A stretch of DNA of 64,000 nucleotides, taken from assembly GCA_028819345.1 (NCBI GenBank), contig JAPPLW010000007.1, positions 16,557 through 80,556 on the forward strand, written 5' to 3'. Position 1 is the stretch's first letter. Each line of letters begins with the position of its first letter. The notes under the pieces were generated by a model. It saw nothing but the letters and a program-made list of their open reading frames with translations, had not been told where the DNA came from and ran no database searches. This stretch comes from a bacterium. GTDB lineage: Bacteria; Actinomycetota; Acidimicrobiia; Spongiisociales; ZC4RG35. Made by a program: the position numbers and the translations under genes. Of the stretch, positions 27,580-37,510 are shown piece after piece.

Positions 27580-29085
27580 GTGAGCCTTGCGATAGAGTTG
27601 GTGGGAATCACCAAGCGGTACCCGGGGGTTATAGCAAACGACCGGATCAACCTGGCTGTGCGAGAGGGCGAGATTCACGCGGTGGTGGGGGAGAACGGCG
27701 CAGGCAAGTCCACTTTGATGAAGATTCTCTACGGGATGATTCCCCCCGACGAGGGAGAGATCCGAATCCGGGGGGAGGCAACCGGCATGTCCTCGGCCCG
27801 GGACGCTATCGAGGCGGGAATCGGGATGGTACACCAGCATTTCATGCTCGCCGAGCAGATGACCGTGCTGGAAAACGTGATCCTGGGCGCCGAGCCCCGC
27901 CAGGGCCTGAAGATCGACTTTGAACAAGCCAGACGGCGCATCGTGGAAATCAGCGGTGAGGGTGCGCTCGATGCCGATCAGATGGTGGAGGAACTGTCTG
28001 TAGGGGAAAAGCAGCGGGTGGAGATCGCCAAGGTCCTTTTCAGGGGAGCCCAGATTCTCATTCTGGACGAGCCGACCGCAGTGTTGGTCCCCCAGGAGGT
28101 AGAGGAGTTGTTCGTGTCACTGCGAGAACTGAGGGAGAGGGGAGTGACCATCATATTCATCTCCCACAAACTCGACGAGGTCCTGGAGATAGCCGACTCG
28201 ATAACCGTTATCCGGGCAGGTCGGACGGTTGCCACCGCCGATCCACGTCGGATCTCCACCCGGGATTTGGCCGAACTCATGGTCGGAGCCGAACTGCCCA
28301 CCGCCGAGACGCGCCTATCCACCGTCACCGATCAGGTCCTTCTGCAGGCCGAAGGCGTCGGCACGCTGTCTGAAGATGAGGACCGGTGGGTGATCGAGGA
28401 CATCAGCTTGCGGATTCACCGTGGAGAGGTGTTGGGGATAGCCGGGGTGGAGGGCAACGGGCAACGGGAATTGGTTGACATCCTCATGGGTCTGCGGCCC
28501 GCCGACTCCGGGAGGGTGCTTCTCGGCGGGGAGGACATCACCGGCATGTCAACCCTGCGCCGCCGGGAAGCGGGCATCGGGCTGATTCCGGCGGATCGGC
28601 ACGGCAGGGGCTTGTTACTGGTTTCACCTCTGTGGGAGAACGCCATGCTGGGCTATCAGAGTCAACCGCCGTTCACGCGGGGGTGGCTGGTGGACGGCGT
28701 TGGGGCCCGCCGGAGGACCGAAGACGTGGTGGACCAGTTCGATGTCCGCACCCCGGGAGTGGAAGTCAAGATTCACGCCCTTTCGGGTGGCAACCAGCAA
28801 AAGCTCCTGGTCGGGAAGGAAATGCTGGCCACTCCCCAGGTTCTTCTGGCCTCCCACCCCACTCGCGGGATCGATGTCGGCGCCCAGGCCGCGGTGTGGG
28901 AGAGCATTCGGGCGGCCCGTGCCGAAGGGCTGGGGGTGCTCCTGATCTCCGCCGACCTCGATGAGTTGATCGGTCTGTCCGATACCCTGATGGTGATCCT
29001 GCGGGGGAGGCTGGTCGCGACCCTCGATCCCGGCCAGGTCACGCCGGCCGAGCTGGGGTCCTACATGACCGGAGCATCGCAATGA
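27580..29085 (+). CDS. ABC transporter ATP-binding protein, duplicated ATPase (sugar/nucleoside importer type)
   Basis: Walker A GENGAGKST, signature LSVGEKQRVEI and Walker B ILILDEPT. The second domain has LSGGNQQKLLVG. Confidence 0.9.
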   Translation: MSLAIELVGITKRYPGVIANDRINLAVREGEIHAVVGENGAGKSTLMKILYGMIPPDEGEIRIRGEATGMSSARDAIEAGIGMVHQHFMLAEQMTVLENVILGAEPRQGLKIDFEQARRRIVEISGEGALDADQMVEELSVGEKQRVEIAKVLFRGAQILILDEPTAVLVPQEVEELFVSLRELRERGVTIIFISHKLDEVLEIADSITVIRAGRTVATADPRRISTRDLAELMVGAELPTAETRLSTVTDQVLLQAEGVGTLSEDEDRWVIEDISLRIHRGEVLGIAGVEGNGQRELVDILMGLRPADSGRVLLGGEDITGMSTLRRREAGIGLIPADRHGRGLLLVSPLWENAMLGYQSQPPFTRGWLVDGVGARRRTEDVVDQFDVRTPGVEVKIHALSGGNQQKLLVGKEMLATPQVLLASHPTRGIDVGAQAAVWESIRAARAEGLGVLLISADLDELIGLSDTLMVILRGRLVATLDPGQVTPAELGSYMTGASQ

Positions 29086-30197
29086 GAGCCAACCGGCGTT
29101 TGGTCTATGCGGTGGTCTCCTCCGGTCTCGCCATCGTTTTCGCCTTGCTCGTCTCCGCCGTGATCCTGGCTGTCTCGGGGAACAACCCCTTTGAAGCCTA
29201 CGGACAGATGTTCGAGTACGGAGTGCGGGTCGACTCGCTCGCCTCGGCGGTGAACCGGGCGGTGCCCCTCTATTTCTCGGCCATGGCGGTGGCACTGGGA
29301 TTCAAGATGGGACTGTTCAACATCGGGGTGGAGGGACAGTACCGCATTGCGGTGCTGATCGCTGCCGCGGTGGGCGCAGCCATCGCTCTTCCCGGTCCGC
29401 TGCACGTGCTGGCGATCATTCTCACGGCCATGGCGGTGGGCGCGGCGTGGTCGGGTTTCGCCGGATACCTGAAAGTGAAGCGGGGGGTCCACGAAGTTAT
29501 CTCAACCATCATGCTGAACTATGTCGCCACCGGGATGGGCGCCTTCTTGCTGGCCAACTGGCTTCGCCAGGAGAATCCCCCCGGCGATCTGGTGATCAAG
29601 ACTCCCGAGATCCCCGAATCGGGCAGGCTCCCGTCCCTGAACCAGGTGCTCGAGTGGGTCGGTCTGGACCCGGGCCGCGTGAATCTGTACGGGATGGCGG
29701 TTTTGGCGGTGGTGGCCGGATTCGGATTTCATGTGCTGATCAATCACACTCGTTTCGGGTTCGAGTTGCGCGCATCCGGAGCCAGTGCAGGTGCGGCTCG
29801 GACCGCCGGCATAGATCCCGGGCGGATGGTCGTGCTGACCATGGTGATCAGCGGAGCAATAGCCGGCCTGGTGGGAATGGCGCATCTGCTGGGGTTCTTT
29901 CACCGCTACACCATCGATTTCCCCACCATGCTGGGCTTCACGGGCATAGCGGTGGCGCTGCTGGGCCGCAACCACCCGGTGGGAATGGCGGCGGGGGCGC
30001 TGCTGTTCGGCTGGTTCGATCGGGCTACCCAGATACTCGACCTCCGCGGAATTCCGAAAGAGATCGTCTTCATTCTCCAAGGCGTGATCCTCCTGTCGGT
30101 GGTGGTGGCCTACGCGGTGGTGGAGGTGCGGATCAGGGCGGCTGAGAGCCGGGCGGTTACCGGCGCACTCCGACCAGGCGCCGAGGAGGAATCATGA
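29082..30197 (+). CDS. ABC transporter permease (BPD_transp_2 family)
   Basis: 371-aa polytopic protein with a 4-nt overlap to the ATPase gene. FNIGVEGQ motif. Confidence 0.9.
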   Translation: MRANRRLVYAVVSSGLAIVFALLVSAVILAVSGNNPFEAYGQMFEYGVRVDSLASAVNRAVPLYFSAMAVALGFKMGLFNIGVEGQYRIAVLIAAAVGAAIALPGPLHVLAIILTAMAVGAAWSGFAGYLKVKRGVHEVISTIMLNYVATGMGAFLLANWLRQENPPGDLVIKTPEIPESGRLPSLNQVLEWVGLDPGRVNLYGMAVLAVVAGFGFHVLINHTRFGFELRASGASAGAARTAGIDPGRMVVLTMVISGAIAGLVGMAHLLGFFHRYTIDFPTMLGFTGIAVALLGRNHPVGMAAGALLFGWFDRATQILDLRGIPKEIVFILQGVILLSVVVAYAVVEVRIRAAESRAVTGALRPGAEEES

Positions 30198-31459
30198 CCA
30201 GCCTCCTGTCTCCCCGACAGCGTATGATCCGGGCCAACCGCTGGCTGTGGCTGGCCCTGGCTGTGGTGGCCGCCCTGGCGATCACCCGAACGCTGGCCGA
30301 CACGCCCGATCTGACTTCCAGCGGCACTTTCGGCGCCGCGCTTCGACTGGGTACTCCCATCTTTCTGGCCGGCTTGGGTGGGGTATACGCCGAACGGGTG
30401 GGAGTGGTCAACATCGGCCTGGAGGGAATGATGATTCTCGGCACGTGGTTCGGCGCCTGGGCGGGATGGTTGTGGGGACCGTGGATCGGGTTGGCGGTCG
30501 GGGTGCTGGCCGGTGCGCTGGGCGGGTTGCTGCACGCTCTCGCCACTGTCACCTTCAACGTTGACCACATCGTTTCCGGGGTGGCGATCAACATCCTGGC
30601 GTTCGGGGGAATGAGATTCCTGTCTGTGGTCACCTATGGCGCCGAAACCGGCGGAGGAGCAACCCAGTCGCCGTCCATCTCGGACGTGATCGGCAAGGCT
30701 TCGGTGCCGGTGTTGTCGGGAGGGGAGATCCTTGGATGGGAGAGTCCCGACCTATTGGGGACGCTGGAGTCCCAGCGGTGGTTCTTCATCTCCGATCTAG
30801 CCGGCCTGGCAAAAGGGATGACCGTTGATGTCTCCTGGGCCGTGATAGTGGCGGTTGCTCTGGTTCCGGCAACTTGGTGGTTCCTGTGGAAGACCCCGCT
30901 GGGGCTGCGGATGCGATCGGTGGGCGAGCACCCGGTGGCGGCCGAGTCCCTGGGAGTGAACGTCTACCGGATGAAGTATCTGGGCGTGATGATGTCAGGC
31001 GGCATGGCCGGACTGGGCGGCGCCATCCTGGTGACCGAGTTCGCCCGGATCTACCGGGAGGGCCAGACCGGGGGGAGAGGATTCATCGGGCTGGCCTCGA
31101 TGATCATGGGCAACTGGCGCCCCGGAGGCGCTGCCGCGGCCGGCGGCCTGTTCGGGTTCACTTTCGCCCTGGAGTTGCGGGACGAACCGGCCGTCCATGC
31201 GTTGCTGCTGATGATCGCCCTGGCGGGGGTCGCCTCGGGAGTTTGGATGGGATACCGGCGCCGCTGGGCGCCAGCCGTGTGGCTGGTGGGCACCGGGATA
31301 GCGGCACTGGCGGTGTTCATGTCCACCGACTCCATTCCCCGGGAATTTGTGTTCATCGCACCCTACGTCACCACGCTGGTTGTGATGTCGCTGGCGTCCC
31401 AGCACCTGCGGATGCCAGCCGCCGATGGACGCCCCTACCGGCGGGGCCAGCAACTTTGA
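30194..31459 (+). CDS. ABC transporter permease (second subunit)
   Basis: 421-aa polytopic protein. VNIGLEGMM motif. 4-nt overlap with the previous permease. Confidence 0.9.
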   Translation: MTSLLSPRQRMIRANRWLWLALAVVAALAITRTLADTPDLTSSGTFGAALRLGTPIFLAGLGGVYAERVGVVNIGLEGMMILGTWFGAWAGWLWGPWIGLAVGVLAGALGGLLHALATVTFNVDHIVSGVAINILAFGGMRFLSVVTYGAETGGGATQSPSISDVIGKASVPVLSGGEILGWESPDLLGTLESQRWFFISDLAGLAKGMTVDVSWAVIVAVALVPATWWFLWKTPLGLRMRSVGEHPVAAESLGVNVYRMKYLGVMMSGGMAGLGGAILVTEFARIYREGQTGGRGFIGLASMIMGNWRPGGAAAAGGLFGFTFALELRDEPAVHALLLMIALAGVASGVWMGYRRRWAPAVWLVGTGIAALAVFMSTDSIPREFVFIAPYVTTLVVMSLASQHLRMPAADGRPYRRGQQL

Positions 31460-32688
31460 CAGCTGGGTTCGATCCCTACCACCCCGACTTCATCTCCAAC
31501 CCCTATCCTGTCTATGCCCGACTGAGGCAACGCTATCCGGTCTTCCACGACGAGAACTGGAACCTCACTTTTTTCAGCCGACACGCCGACGTCTACCAGA
31601 TCCTCCGGGATCGCCGCTTCGGGCGGGACATCCGCCACGCGCCGGGAGCCGCCGCTCGGGTCGATCCCCAGGTTTATCAGCGGATCTATCCTCCCCAGTA
31701 TCCGGTATGGACCCGGATGATCCGAGACTCCTTCATCGACCTGGAGCCACCAAGACATACCCGTATCCGCCGGCTGGTGCAGTGGGCTTTCAGTCGTCGG
31801 GCCTCACAGAGTTATCGGAAGAGGATGGAGGTCGAGGCGCACCGGCGGTTGGACGCGGTGGCCGGGGAGGGACGCATGGAGGCCATCTCCGGGTATGCCA
31901 CCCCCATACCACTGGTGATGATCGGAGAACTGATGGGAGTGCCACCGGTCGATCAGCCCCGCCTGGTGGAGTGGTCGCATTTGATCGTGAGACTCTTCGA
32001 CCAGGGCTGCACACCTGCCGAGGGGGAGGAGGCCGAGCAGGCCGTCATCAGCTTCTGCACTTACATGAAGGAGTTGATCGCCGAGCATCGGGGTCGGGAT
32101 GCGGACAACCTTCTCTCACATCTGATCCGCTCCGAGCACGAGGGGGACGTCCTCAGTGAGGAGGAATTGATCTCCACCGCAATCCTGGTCCTGAACGCCG
32201 GACACGAGGCGACCGTTCAGGCGATCGGCAACGGGCTCATGGCGCTGGCGGCCCACCCCGACCAGTGGCGGCGATGGCGTTCCGATCCCAGGATGAGCGG
32301 GACCGCGGTAGAGGAGTTGCTCCGGTACGACACGCCACTCCAGATGTTCGAACGTTGGGTGACCGAGGACCTCGAATGGAGCGGTATGCCGTTGGAAGGG
32401 GGGTCGAAGGTGGGTCTGCTGCTCGGCTCGGCCAATCACGACGAGGCTGTGTTCTCCCGACCGGACCGCCTCGACCTGGGGCGCACCCCCAACCCTCATG
32501 TCTCGTTCGGCGGCGGGGTGCACTACTGCGTGGGAGTGGCCCTCGCCCGGGAGGAGTTGAAAGTCGCCTTCGAAGTGCTGTTGGACAGGGTGCGCTCGTT
32601 CGAAGTAGAGAATGGCGCCGGACAGCGCGTCCCCAGCTTGGTGTTCCGAGGGGTGCCGAAGCTTCCTCTCAGCCTGGAGTTCGTCTAG
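31456..32688 (+). CDS. cytochrome P450
   Basis: I-helix LNAGHEAT, K-helix EELLRYD and heme loop FGGGVHYCVGVALAR. TTG 31456 overlaps the permease stop (TTGA). The first 194 codons of track ORF 30874..32688 are out-of-frame overlap with the permease. Confidence 0.85.
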   Translation: MTAGFDPYHPDFISNPYPVYARLRQRYPVFHDENWNLTFFSRHADVYQILRDRRFGRDIRHAPGAAARVDPQVYQRIYPPQYPVWTRMIRDSFIDLEPPRHTRIRRLVQWAFSRRASQSYRKRMEVEAHRRLDAVAGEGRMEAISGYATPIPLVMIGELMGVPPVDQPRLVEWSHLIVRLFDQGCTPAEGEEAEQAVISFCTYMKELIAEHRGRDADNLLSHLIRSEHEGDVLSEEELISTAILVLNAGHEATVQAIGNGLMALAAHPDQWRRWRSDPRMSGTAVEELLRYDTPLQMFERWVTEDLEWSGMPLEGGSKVGLLLGSANHDEAVFSRPDRLDLGRTPNPHVSFGGGVHYCVGVALAREELKVAFEVLLDRVRSFEVENGAGQRVPSLVFRGVPKLPLSLEFV

Positions 32689-33608
32689 GAGACGGCCGTG
32701 GTGGTCGTTTCCGAACTGAGGGGCGCCGCCGGATAGCCGATCACGTTGATGCCTTCCACCGCCAACTCCTTGTAGACCGTGCCGTTGCGGACTTCCGCGT
32801 CATACACCGTGGTTATGGTCAGGGTGAGTTGATTGGTCCGCATCACCGCCAGGTCGATGATCTGGGACCCGAGGCGGTCCACCAGGTTCAAGGGAATGGC
32901 CACGCCGCTGTCGCTTCCCGCCTCCATGGTCCTCACCCTGAAGTTTTGGTAGAAGCGGTCCTCGTCACTGACGTTGACCCACTCCAGGCGGCGGATGGTG
33001 ATGGGCTGCTCGAAGACCAGGCTGATGGTGACCTGCGTGCCCGGGGTGATGTCTGTCCACCTTATCTGCCACTCGCCGGTCTTTCCGTTAATCAGGTTGT
33101 CACAGGAGTAGATGGCCCCCAGTCCCTCCGGGGAACACTCCACGCTCAACACGCCCTGGGTGGTGGGGATCGGTGGGGGAGCGGTGGTGGTGGTGGTTTC
33201 CTGGACAGCCGCGGTCTCTTCGGGAGCCTCACCGTCCTCTTCGGATCCGCCGGTGAAGAGGTTGAAGAGCAAGGCGAACACCGCAACCGCGAATATGGTT
33301 GTCCCGGTGGCGATGACCGCTCTCACCCGAGCATTCGTCCCGATGGTGGGACGGGGAGCGAGGGGCATGTCCGCTTGGTTTAGTCTTATGTGGCACTGCT
33401 CGCAACTCTGCCGGGAAGGAGGGTTCAGGTGGCCGCACAGGGAGCAGGACACCATGTTGTGGGTGGTTGGGTAAGCGACCGGGGAGTCGTCCGGGGAGGG
33501 GCCTTCGGTCGTCGTTGAGGGGATCGGCCTTTCAAGGAGAGCGCCGCACGAGGAGCAAAAGTCGGCATCTCCGACATCAGCGCCGCATCGACCACAGATC
33601 TGTCTCAT
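32685..33608 (-). CDS. double zinc-ribbon / single-TM protein with Thr-rich linker and extracellular discoidin-like (NADase-type glycan-binding-like) domain
   Basis: MRQICGRCGADVGDADFCSSCG and CSLCGHLNPPSRQSCEQC. TM helix AVIATGTTIFAVAVFALLFNLF. C-terminal WQIRWTDITPGTQVTISLVFEQPITIRRLEWVNV...NFRVRT. ATG 33608 is preferred over the track start. Confidence 0.7.
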   Translation of the reverse strand: MRQICGRCGADVGDADFCSSCGALLERPIPSTTTEGPSPDDSPVAYPTTHNMVSCSLCGHLNPPSRQSCEQCHIRLNQADMPLAPRPTIGTNARVRAVIATGTTIFAVAVFALLFNLFTGGSEEDGEAPEETAAVQETTTTTAPPPIPTTQGVLSVECSPEGLGAIYSCDNLINGKTGEWQIRWTDITPGTQVTISLVFEQPITIRRLEWVNVSDEDRFYQNFRVRTMEAGSDSGVAIPLNLVDRLGSQIIDLAVMRTNQLTLTITTVYDAEVRNGTVYKELAVEGINVIGYPAAPLSSETTTTAVS

Positions 33609-33645
33609 AGCCAGCCTATTTTGGCACAGTCCCCGAGGTGGGCGG

Positions 33646-34839
33646 TTGATTTCATTTGTGGAGCCAGGGTACCCCGGCCGGTCTCTTCGGCATATGCATT
33701 CAGCAGTGATGATACTGGCAAAGCGCGGCAGCCTCTTTGCTAGCCTCAAAGCTGTGGCGGGAGACCGAACAACCCAACAGGTCGTGGAGAGACTCTTCTC
33801 GCATCGTCCTATCCGCGACGGGTTGGAAAGGATACTCCAGGCCAGGGAGGGAGCCTTGATCGTGCTCGGCTCGAACCTCGACCTGCAAGACATCAGCGTC
33901 GACGGACTGCAAATAGCGTCTGACGGTTTTGACGCCGCCCGTCTGTCGGAAGTGGCGAAGATGGACGGGGCGATAATCCTCGACAACTCGTGGAAGAGCA
34001 TCCTGACCGCTAATGCCCATCTCTCCCCCCCTGTGGATCTCCCCACCACCGAATCCGGTTCCCGGCATCGCACCGCCCAGCGGACCGCTTACATAACCGG
34101 CTTGCCGGTGGTCACCGTGAGCAAGGACCGAGCGGTGGTGACCCTGTATTTCAATTCCGAGCAGGCGGATCTCACCCCCCGCTGGACAATCCGCAGGAGG
34201 ATTCTCCACCATCTTCAGATCCTCGTGATGATGCGGAAGCGGTTCGATGAAGCCGAGGAGCACCTGCTGCGGATGGAGTTGCTGGGGCTGGTGACCCGCA
34301 GGGATGTGGCGCACATGCTCAGACTGGGGGAGTTGGTGGTCAGGGCTGCATCCGGCATCGAGGCCATGGTGGTCGACTCCGCCCAGGACCCGGACACCAC
34401 CGCGGCTGTCGTGGCGGACCGGGTCTTCGAAGTGGAGAGACTGCTGCAATTGACCTTGAGGGATTACCTGGATGGCGAAGGGGATGAAGCTCGCGGGGCG
34501 CTGGCCGGCGTGCTGGGCCACAAGCTCGCCCACACCTGGCTTGTGGAGACAGAGATCGGACTGTCCGACCTGGATGGAGAGCTTGTCCCGCGGGGGCACC
34601 GACTTCTGTACAGAACGGGCGTTGTCACCAAACGGATCAGGGGAATCCTCCTGGAGGAGTTTCCCGACGCCCAAGCCCTGCTGCATGCACCCCTGGAACG
34701 CCTGATGGATGTGAAGGGAGTGGGCCACAAGACGGCCACCAAGTTGAGGCACTACTTCGATCGGCTACTGGCCGCGGTTCACCCCATAGGACAACGCGTT
34801 CTCACAGACCGGCGCAAATCGTATAATCGTCTTCCATGA
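33646..34839 (+). CDS. disA: DNA integrity scanning protein DisA (diadenylate cyclase)
   Basis: DAC domain: RDGLERILQAREGALIVLG, KMDGAIILD, TESGSRHRTAQRTA. C-terminal HhH: LMDVKGVGHKTATKL. The true start may be ATG 33694 or 33709. Confidence 0.85.
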   Translation: MISFVEPGYPGRSLRHMHSAVMILAKRGSLFASLKAVAGDRTTQQVVERLFSHRPIRDGLERILQAREGALIVLGSNLDLQDISVDGLQIASDGFDAARLSEVAKMDGAIILDNSWKSILTANAHLSPPVDLPTTESGSRHRTAQRTAYITGLPVVTVSKDRAVVTLYFNSEQADLTPRWTIRRRILHHLQILVMMRKRFDEAEEHLLRMELLGLVTRRDVAHMLRLGELVVRAASGIEAMVVDSAQDPDTTAAVVADRVFEVERLLQLTLRDYLDGEGDEARGALAGVLGHKLAHTWLVETEIGLSDLDGELVPRGHRLLYRTGVVTKRIRGILLEEFPDAQALLHAPLERLMDVKGVGHKTATKLRHYFDRLLAAVHPIGQRVLTDRRKSYNRLP

Positions 34840-35534
34840 CCTCGGGAGTTCCGACATCTGCGAAAAAGCCCGCCGAGAGCGGTAAGCAGGGAACCAGGAC
34901 AAAGAGCGAAACGGCGGGAATCGCAGCCGCTCCTCCGGTTCCCGCACCGGCGCGCAGGAGGAAGGTCAAATCTCCGCCGAGACATGCCCGGAGTGCCGCG
35001 GCGGCCGCTTCGTCCACAACCGAGCAGGCTCCGAAGTACAAGAAGGGCGACTACGTGGTCCATATCCAGCACGGTGTGGCGCACATCTCCGACATCCAGA
35101 CCAAGAGCGACTTCGGGGAGACACAGGAGTATTTCATTCTGAACTTCCCCACCGAGGAGATGGTGATAAGTGTCCCGACCAACAAGACTCTCTACACGAT
35201 CCGGCCCCTGATCAACAAGACGGAGGCCGCCCGGGTGGTACAGAAGCTCAAGGAGGATCCCCAGGAGTCGGGGGCCAACTGGAGCCGGTGGTACAAAGTG
35301 CTTCAGGAGAAGATGTACTCGGGAGACATCTTTCAAGTGGCGGAGGTTGTCAGGGACCTCAACTACTCCAACCAGACCAAGGGCATCTCTCCTGCCCTCA
35401 AGAAGATGCTCAATCGGGCGCGGGACGCATTGATCACCGAGGTCCGTTTCTCTCTGGGCCTGGACGCTACGGCGGCCGAGAACAAAATCAACCGTGCGTT
35501 GCCTACTTTCGAGCCCATCGCTCGTAAGAAGTGA
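34836..35534 (+). CDS. carD: CarD/CdnL-family RNA-polymerase-binding regulator with ~65-aa basic N-terminal extension
   Basis: YKKGDYVVHIQHGVAHISDI...QEYFILNF...ISVPTNK...IRPL; WSRWYKVLQEKMYSGDIFQVAEVVRDL. ATGA overlap with the disA stop. Confidence 0.85.
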   Translation: MTSGVPTSAKKPAESGKQGTRTKSETAGIAAAPPVPAPARRRKVKSPPRHARSAAAAASSTTEQAPKYKKGDYVVHIQHGVAHISDIQTKSDFGETQEYFILNFPTEEMVISVPTNKTLYTIRPLINKTEAARVVQKLKEDPQESGANWSRWYKVLQEKMYSGDIFQVAEVVRDLNYSNQTKGISPALKKMLNRARDALITEVRFSLGLDATAAENKINRALPTFEPIARKK

Positions 35535-36022
35535 CCGGATCGCGCCAGGATTGGCGAGTGGGATGGGGATTGGATGTTCACCGGCTGGGAGGAGACCCCC
35601 CCATTCTGCTGGCCGGTGTGGAGGTTGACCAGGAGAGAGGAGTGATAGCAACCTCGGACGGAGATGTGGTGGCCCATGCCGTGGCCGACGCCCTGCTGGG
35701 CGCCGCCGCCCTGGGAGACCTGGGCACCTTCTTCCCGTCCTCGGACCCACAGTGGACAAACGCTGACAGCATGGGGTTGCTGCGCCGGGTGGTGGAGTTG
35801 GCCGACAGCATGAAATGGCGACCGTCGTTCTGCGACGTGACCGCGGTCTCCGAATCAGTGCGGGTCGCTCCTTTTCGGGAGGAGGTCCGGGCAGCCTTAG
35901 CAGGCGCCTTGGGATTGAGCGTCGGGCAGGTCTCGGTGAAGGCCACCACCACCGATGGATTGGGATGGGTGGGTCGCGACCAGGGAATTGCGGCGGTTGC
36001 CGCGGTGACGGTGGTCAGGTAA
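35531..36022 (+). CDS. ispF: 2-C-methyl-D-erythritol 2,4-cyclodiphosphate synthase
   Basis: RVGWGLDVHRL, SDGDVVAHAVADALLGAAALGDLGTFFP, VKATTTDGLGWVGR. Confidence 0.9.
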   Translation: MTGSRQDWRVGWGLDVHRLGGDPPILLAGVEVDQERGVIATSDGDVVAHAVADALLGAAALGDLGTFFPSSDPQWTNADSMGLLRRVVELADSMKWRPSFCDVTAVSESVRVAPFREEVRAALAGALGLSVGQVSVKATTTDGLGWVGRDQGIAAVAAVTVVR

Positions 36023-36085
36023 GGACCGCGGCAACCTTCAAGCCCCATGTCGGAGGTACTTTCCTCTAAAATCGGTGGTGGTTTG

Positions 36086-37510
36086 ATGATCTTCAACACC
36101 CTGGACAGGGTGACAACGCCTCTGGAGCCGGTCGACCCCCCGAGAGTCGGGATGTACGTCTGCGGGCCTACGGTCCAATCTCCCCCCCATGTGGGACACG
36201 GGCGTTCCGCGGTGGTCTTCGACGTGATCCGTCGCTATTTGGCATGGAAGGGTTGGGATGTTCGGTTCGTGCGGAACATCACCGACGTGGACGACAAGAT
36301 AATCGCCATCGCCCAGCAGGAGGGAGTCCCGCCCGGAGAACATGCGGTCCGGATCACCGGGGAGTTCGATCGCGGGTACCGGGACCTGGGAGTGGAGGCC
36401 CCTGACATAGAGCCAAAGGCAACCGAACACATCCCCGACATGATCGCCCTAATCAACCGGCTCATCCGCAAGGGTCTCGCCTACGCCCGCGGGGGAGACG
36501 TCTACTTCGTGGTGCGGTCCCTCCCCGGGTATGGGAAACTCTCAGGTCAGGGACTGGATGACCTCATGGCGGGCGCCCGGGTGGAGGTATCCGAGCAGAA
36601 GGACGACCCCCTGGACTTCGCTCTCTGGAAGGAGGCCAAACCGGGTGAACCATGGTGGGATTCGCCCTGGGGCCCGGGTCGACCCGGATGGCACATCGAG
36701 TGCTCCGCCATGGCTGCCCGCTACCTGGGTGAGACCTTTGACATCCACGGCGGTGGGAACGACTTGATCTTCCCGCACCACGAAAACGAGATAGCCCAGT
36801 CTGAAGGGGCAAGCGGAGCACCGTTCGCCCGGATCTGGATGCACAACGGCATGCTCAACCTGAGCGGGGAGAAGATGTCAAAGTCCACCGGTCATCTGAT
36901 CGACTTGAACGAGGCAAACCAGCGATTCGGGGGATTGGCGGTCCGACTGTTCTACCTCCAGGCTCATTACCGCTCTCCACAGGAGTTTTCCAACGAGCTT
37001 CTGGAGGACGCGCAGACCGCCCTAGCCCGTCTTCACCGCCTCCTGGAGAAGACCACCGACGTTGAGAAGCCACCCCACCCGGAGGCCATCGCCGGCTTCG
37101 AGGACGCCATGGACGATGACTTCGCCACTCCCCGGGCGCTCGGCTGGCTGTTCGGTTCGGTACGGGAGGCCAACCGCGAACTGGAGCGCACCGGTTCCGC
37201 CGGAGCCCATGCCGCGGCTGCTTGGGAGATGGCCAGGGTCTTGGGATTGGATGACATCTCAGGCGCCTCCATCCACTCCCATACTGAAATACTCGACCAA
37301 CTCCGGGCTTCGGTGGGACAGATTGCCTCCCGGGAGGGCGCCGACGCGGCGGGAGACACCGCCGACATTGTGGATGGCCTGCTGGCAAAACGCTCCGCAG
37401 CCCGTTCGGAGGGCGACTACGCGACAGCCGATCGAATCAGGGACGACCTGGCCGCCCTGGGGATCGTGGTGGAGGATTCCCGAGATGGCACTCGCTGGCT
37501 ACGGCGCTAG
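36086..37510 (+). CDS. cysS: cysteine--tRNA ligase
   Basis: MIFNTLDR..., [19 protein letters not shown] (HIGH), KMSKSTGH (KMSKS). Start taken at ATG 36086. Confidence 0.9.
   Translation: MIFNTLDRVTTPLEPVDPPRVGMYVCGPTVQSPPHVGHGRSAVVFDVIRRYLAWKGWDVRFVRNITDVDDKIIAIAQQEGVPPGEHAVRITGEFDRGYRDLGVEAPDIEPKATEHIPDMIALINRLIRKGLAYARGGDVYFVVRSLPGYGKLSGQGLDDLMAGARVEVSEQKDDPLDFALWKEAKPGEPWWDSPWGPGRPGWHIECSAMAARYLGETFDIHGGGNDLIFPHHENEIAQSEGASGAPFARIWMHNGMLNLSGEKMSKSTGHLIDLNEANQRFGGLAVRLFYLQAHYRSPQEFSNELLEDAQTALARLHRLLEKTTDVEKPPHPEAIAGFEDAMDDDFATPRALGWLFGSVREANRELERTGSAGAHAAAAWEMARVLGLDDISGASIHSHTEILDQLRASVGQIASREGADAAGDTADIVDGLLAKRSAARSEGDYATADRIRDDLAALGIVVEDSRDGTRWLRR

Noticed and set aside
32685-32688. 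Overlapping convergent stop codons (CTAG) of the P450 and zinc-ribbon genes
   Set aside because: Real, but a trivial consequence of compact genome packing. No regulatory implication can be supported.
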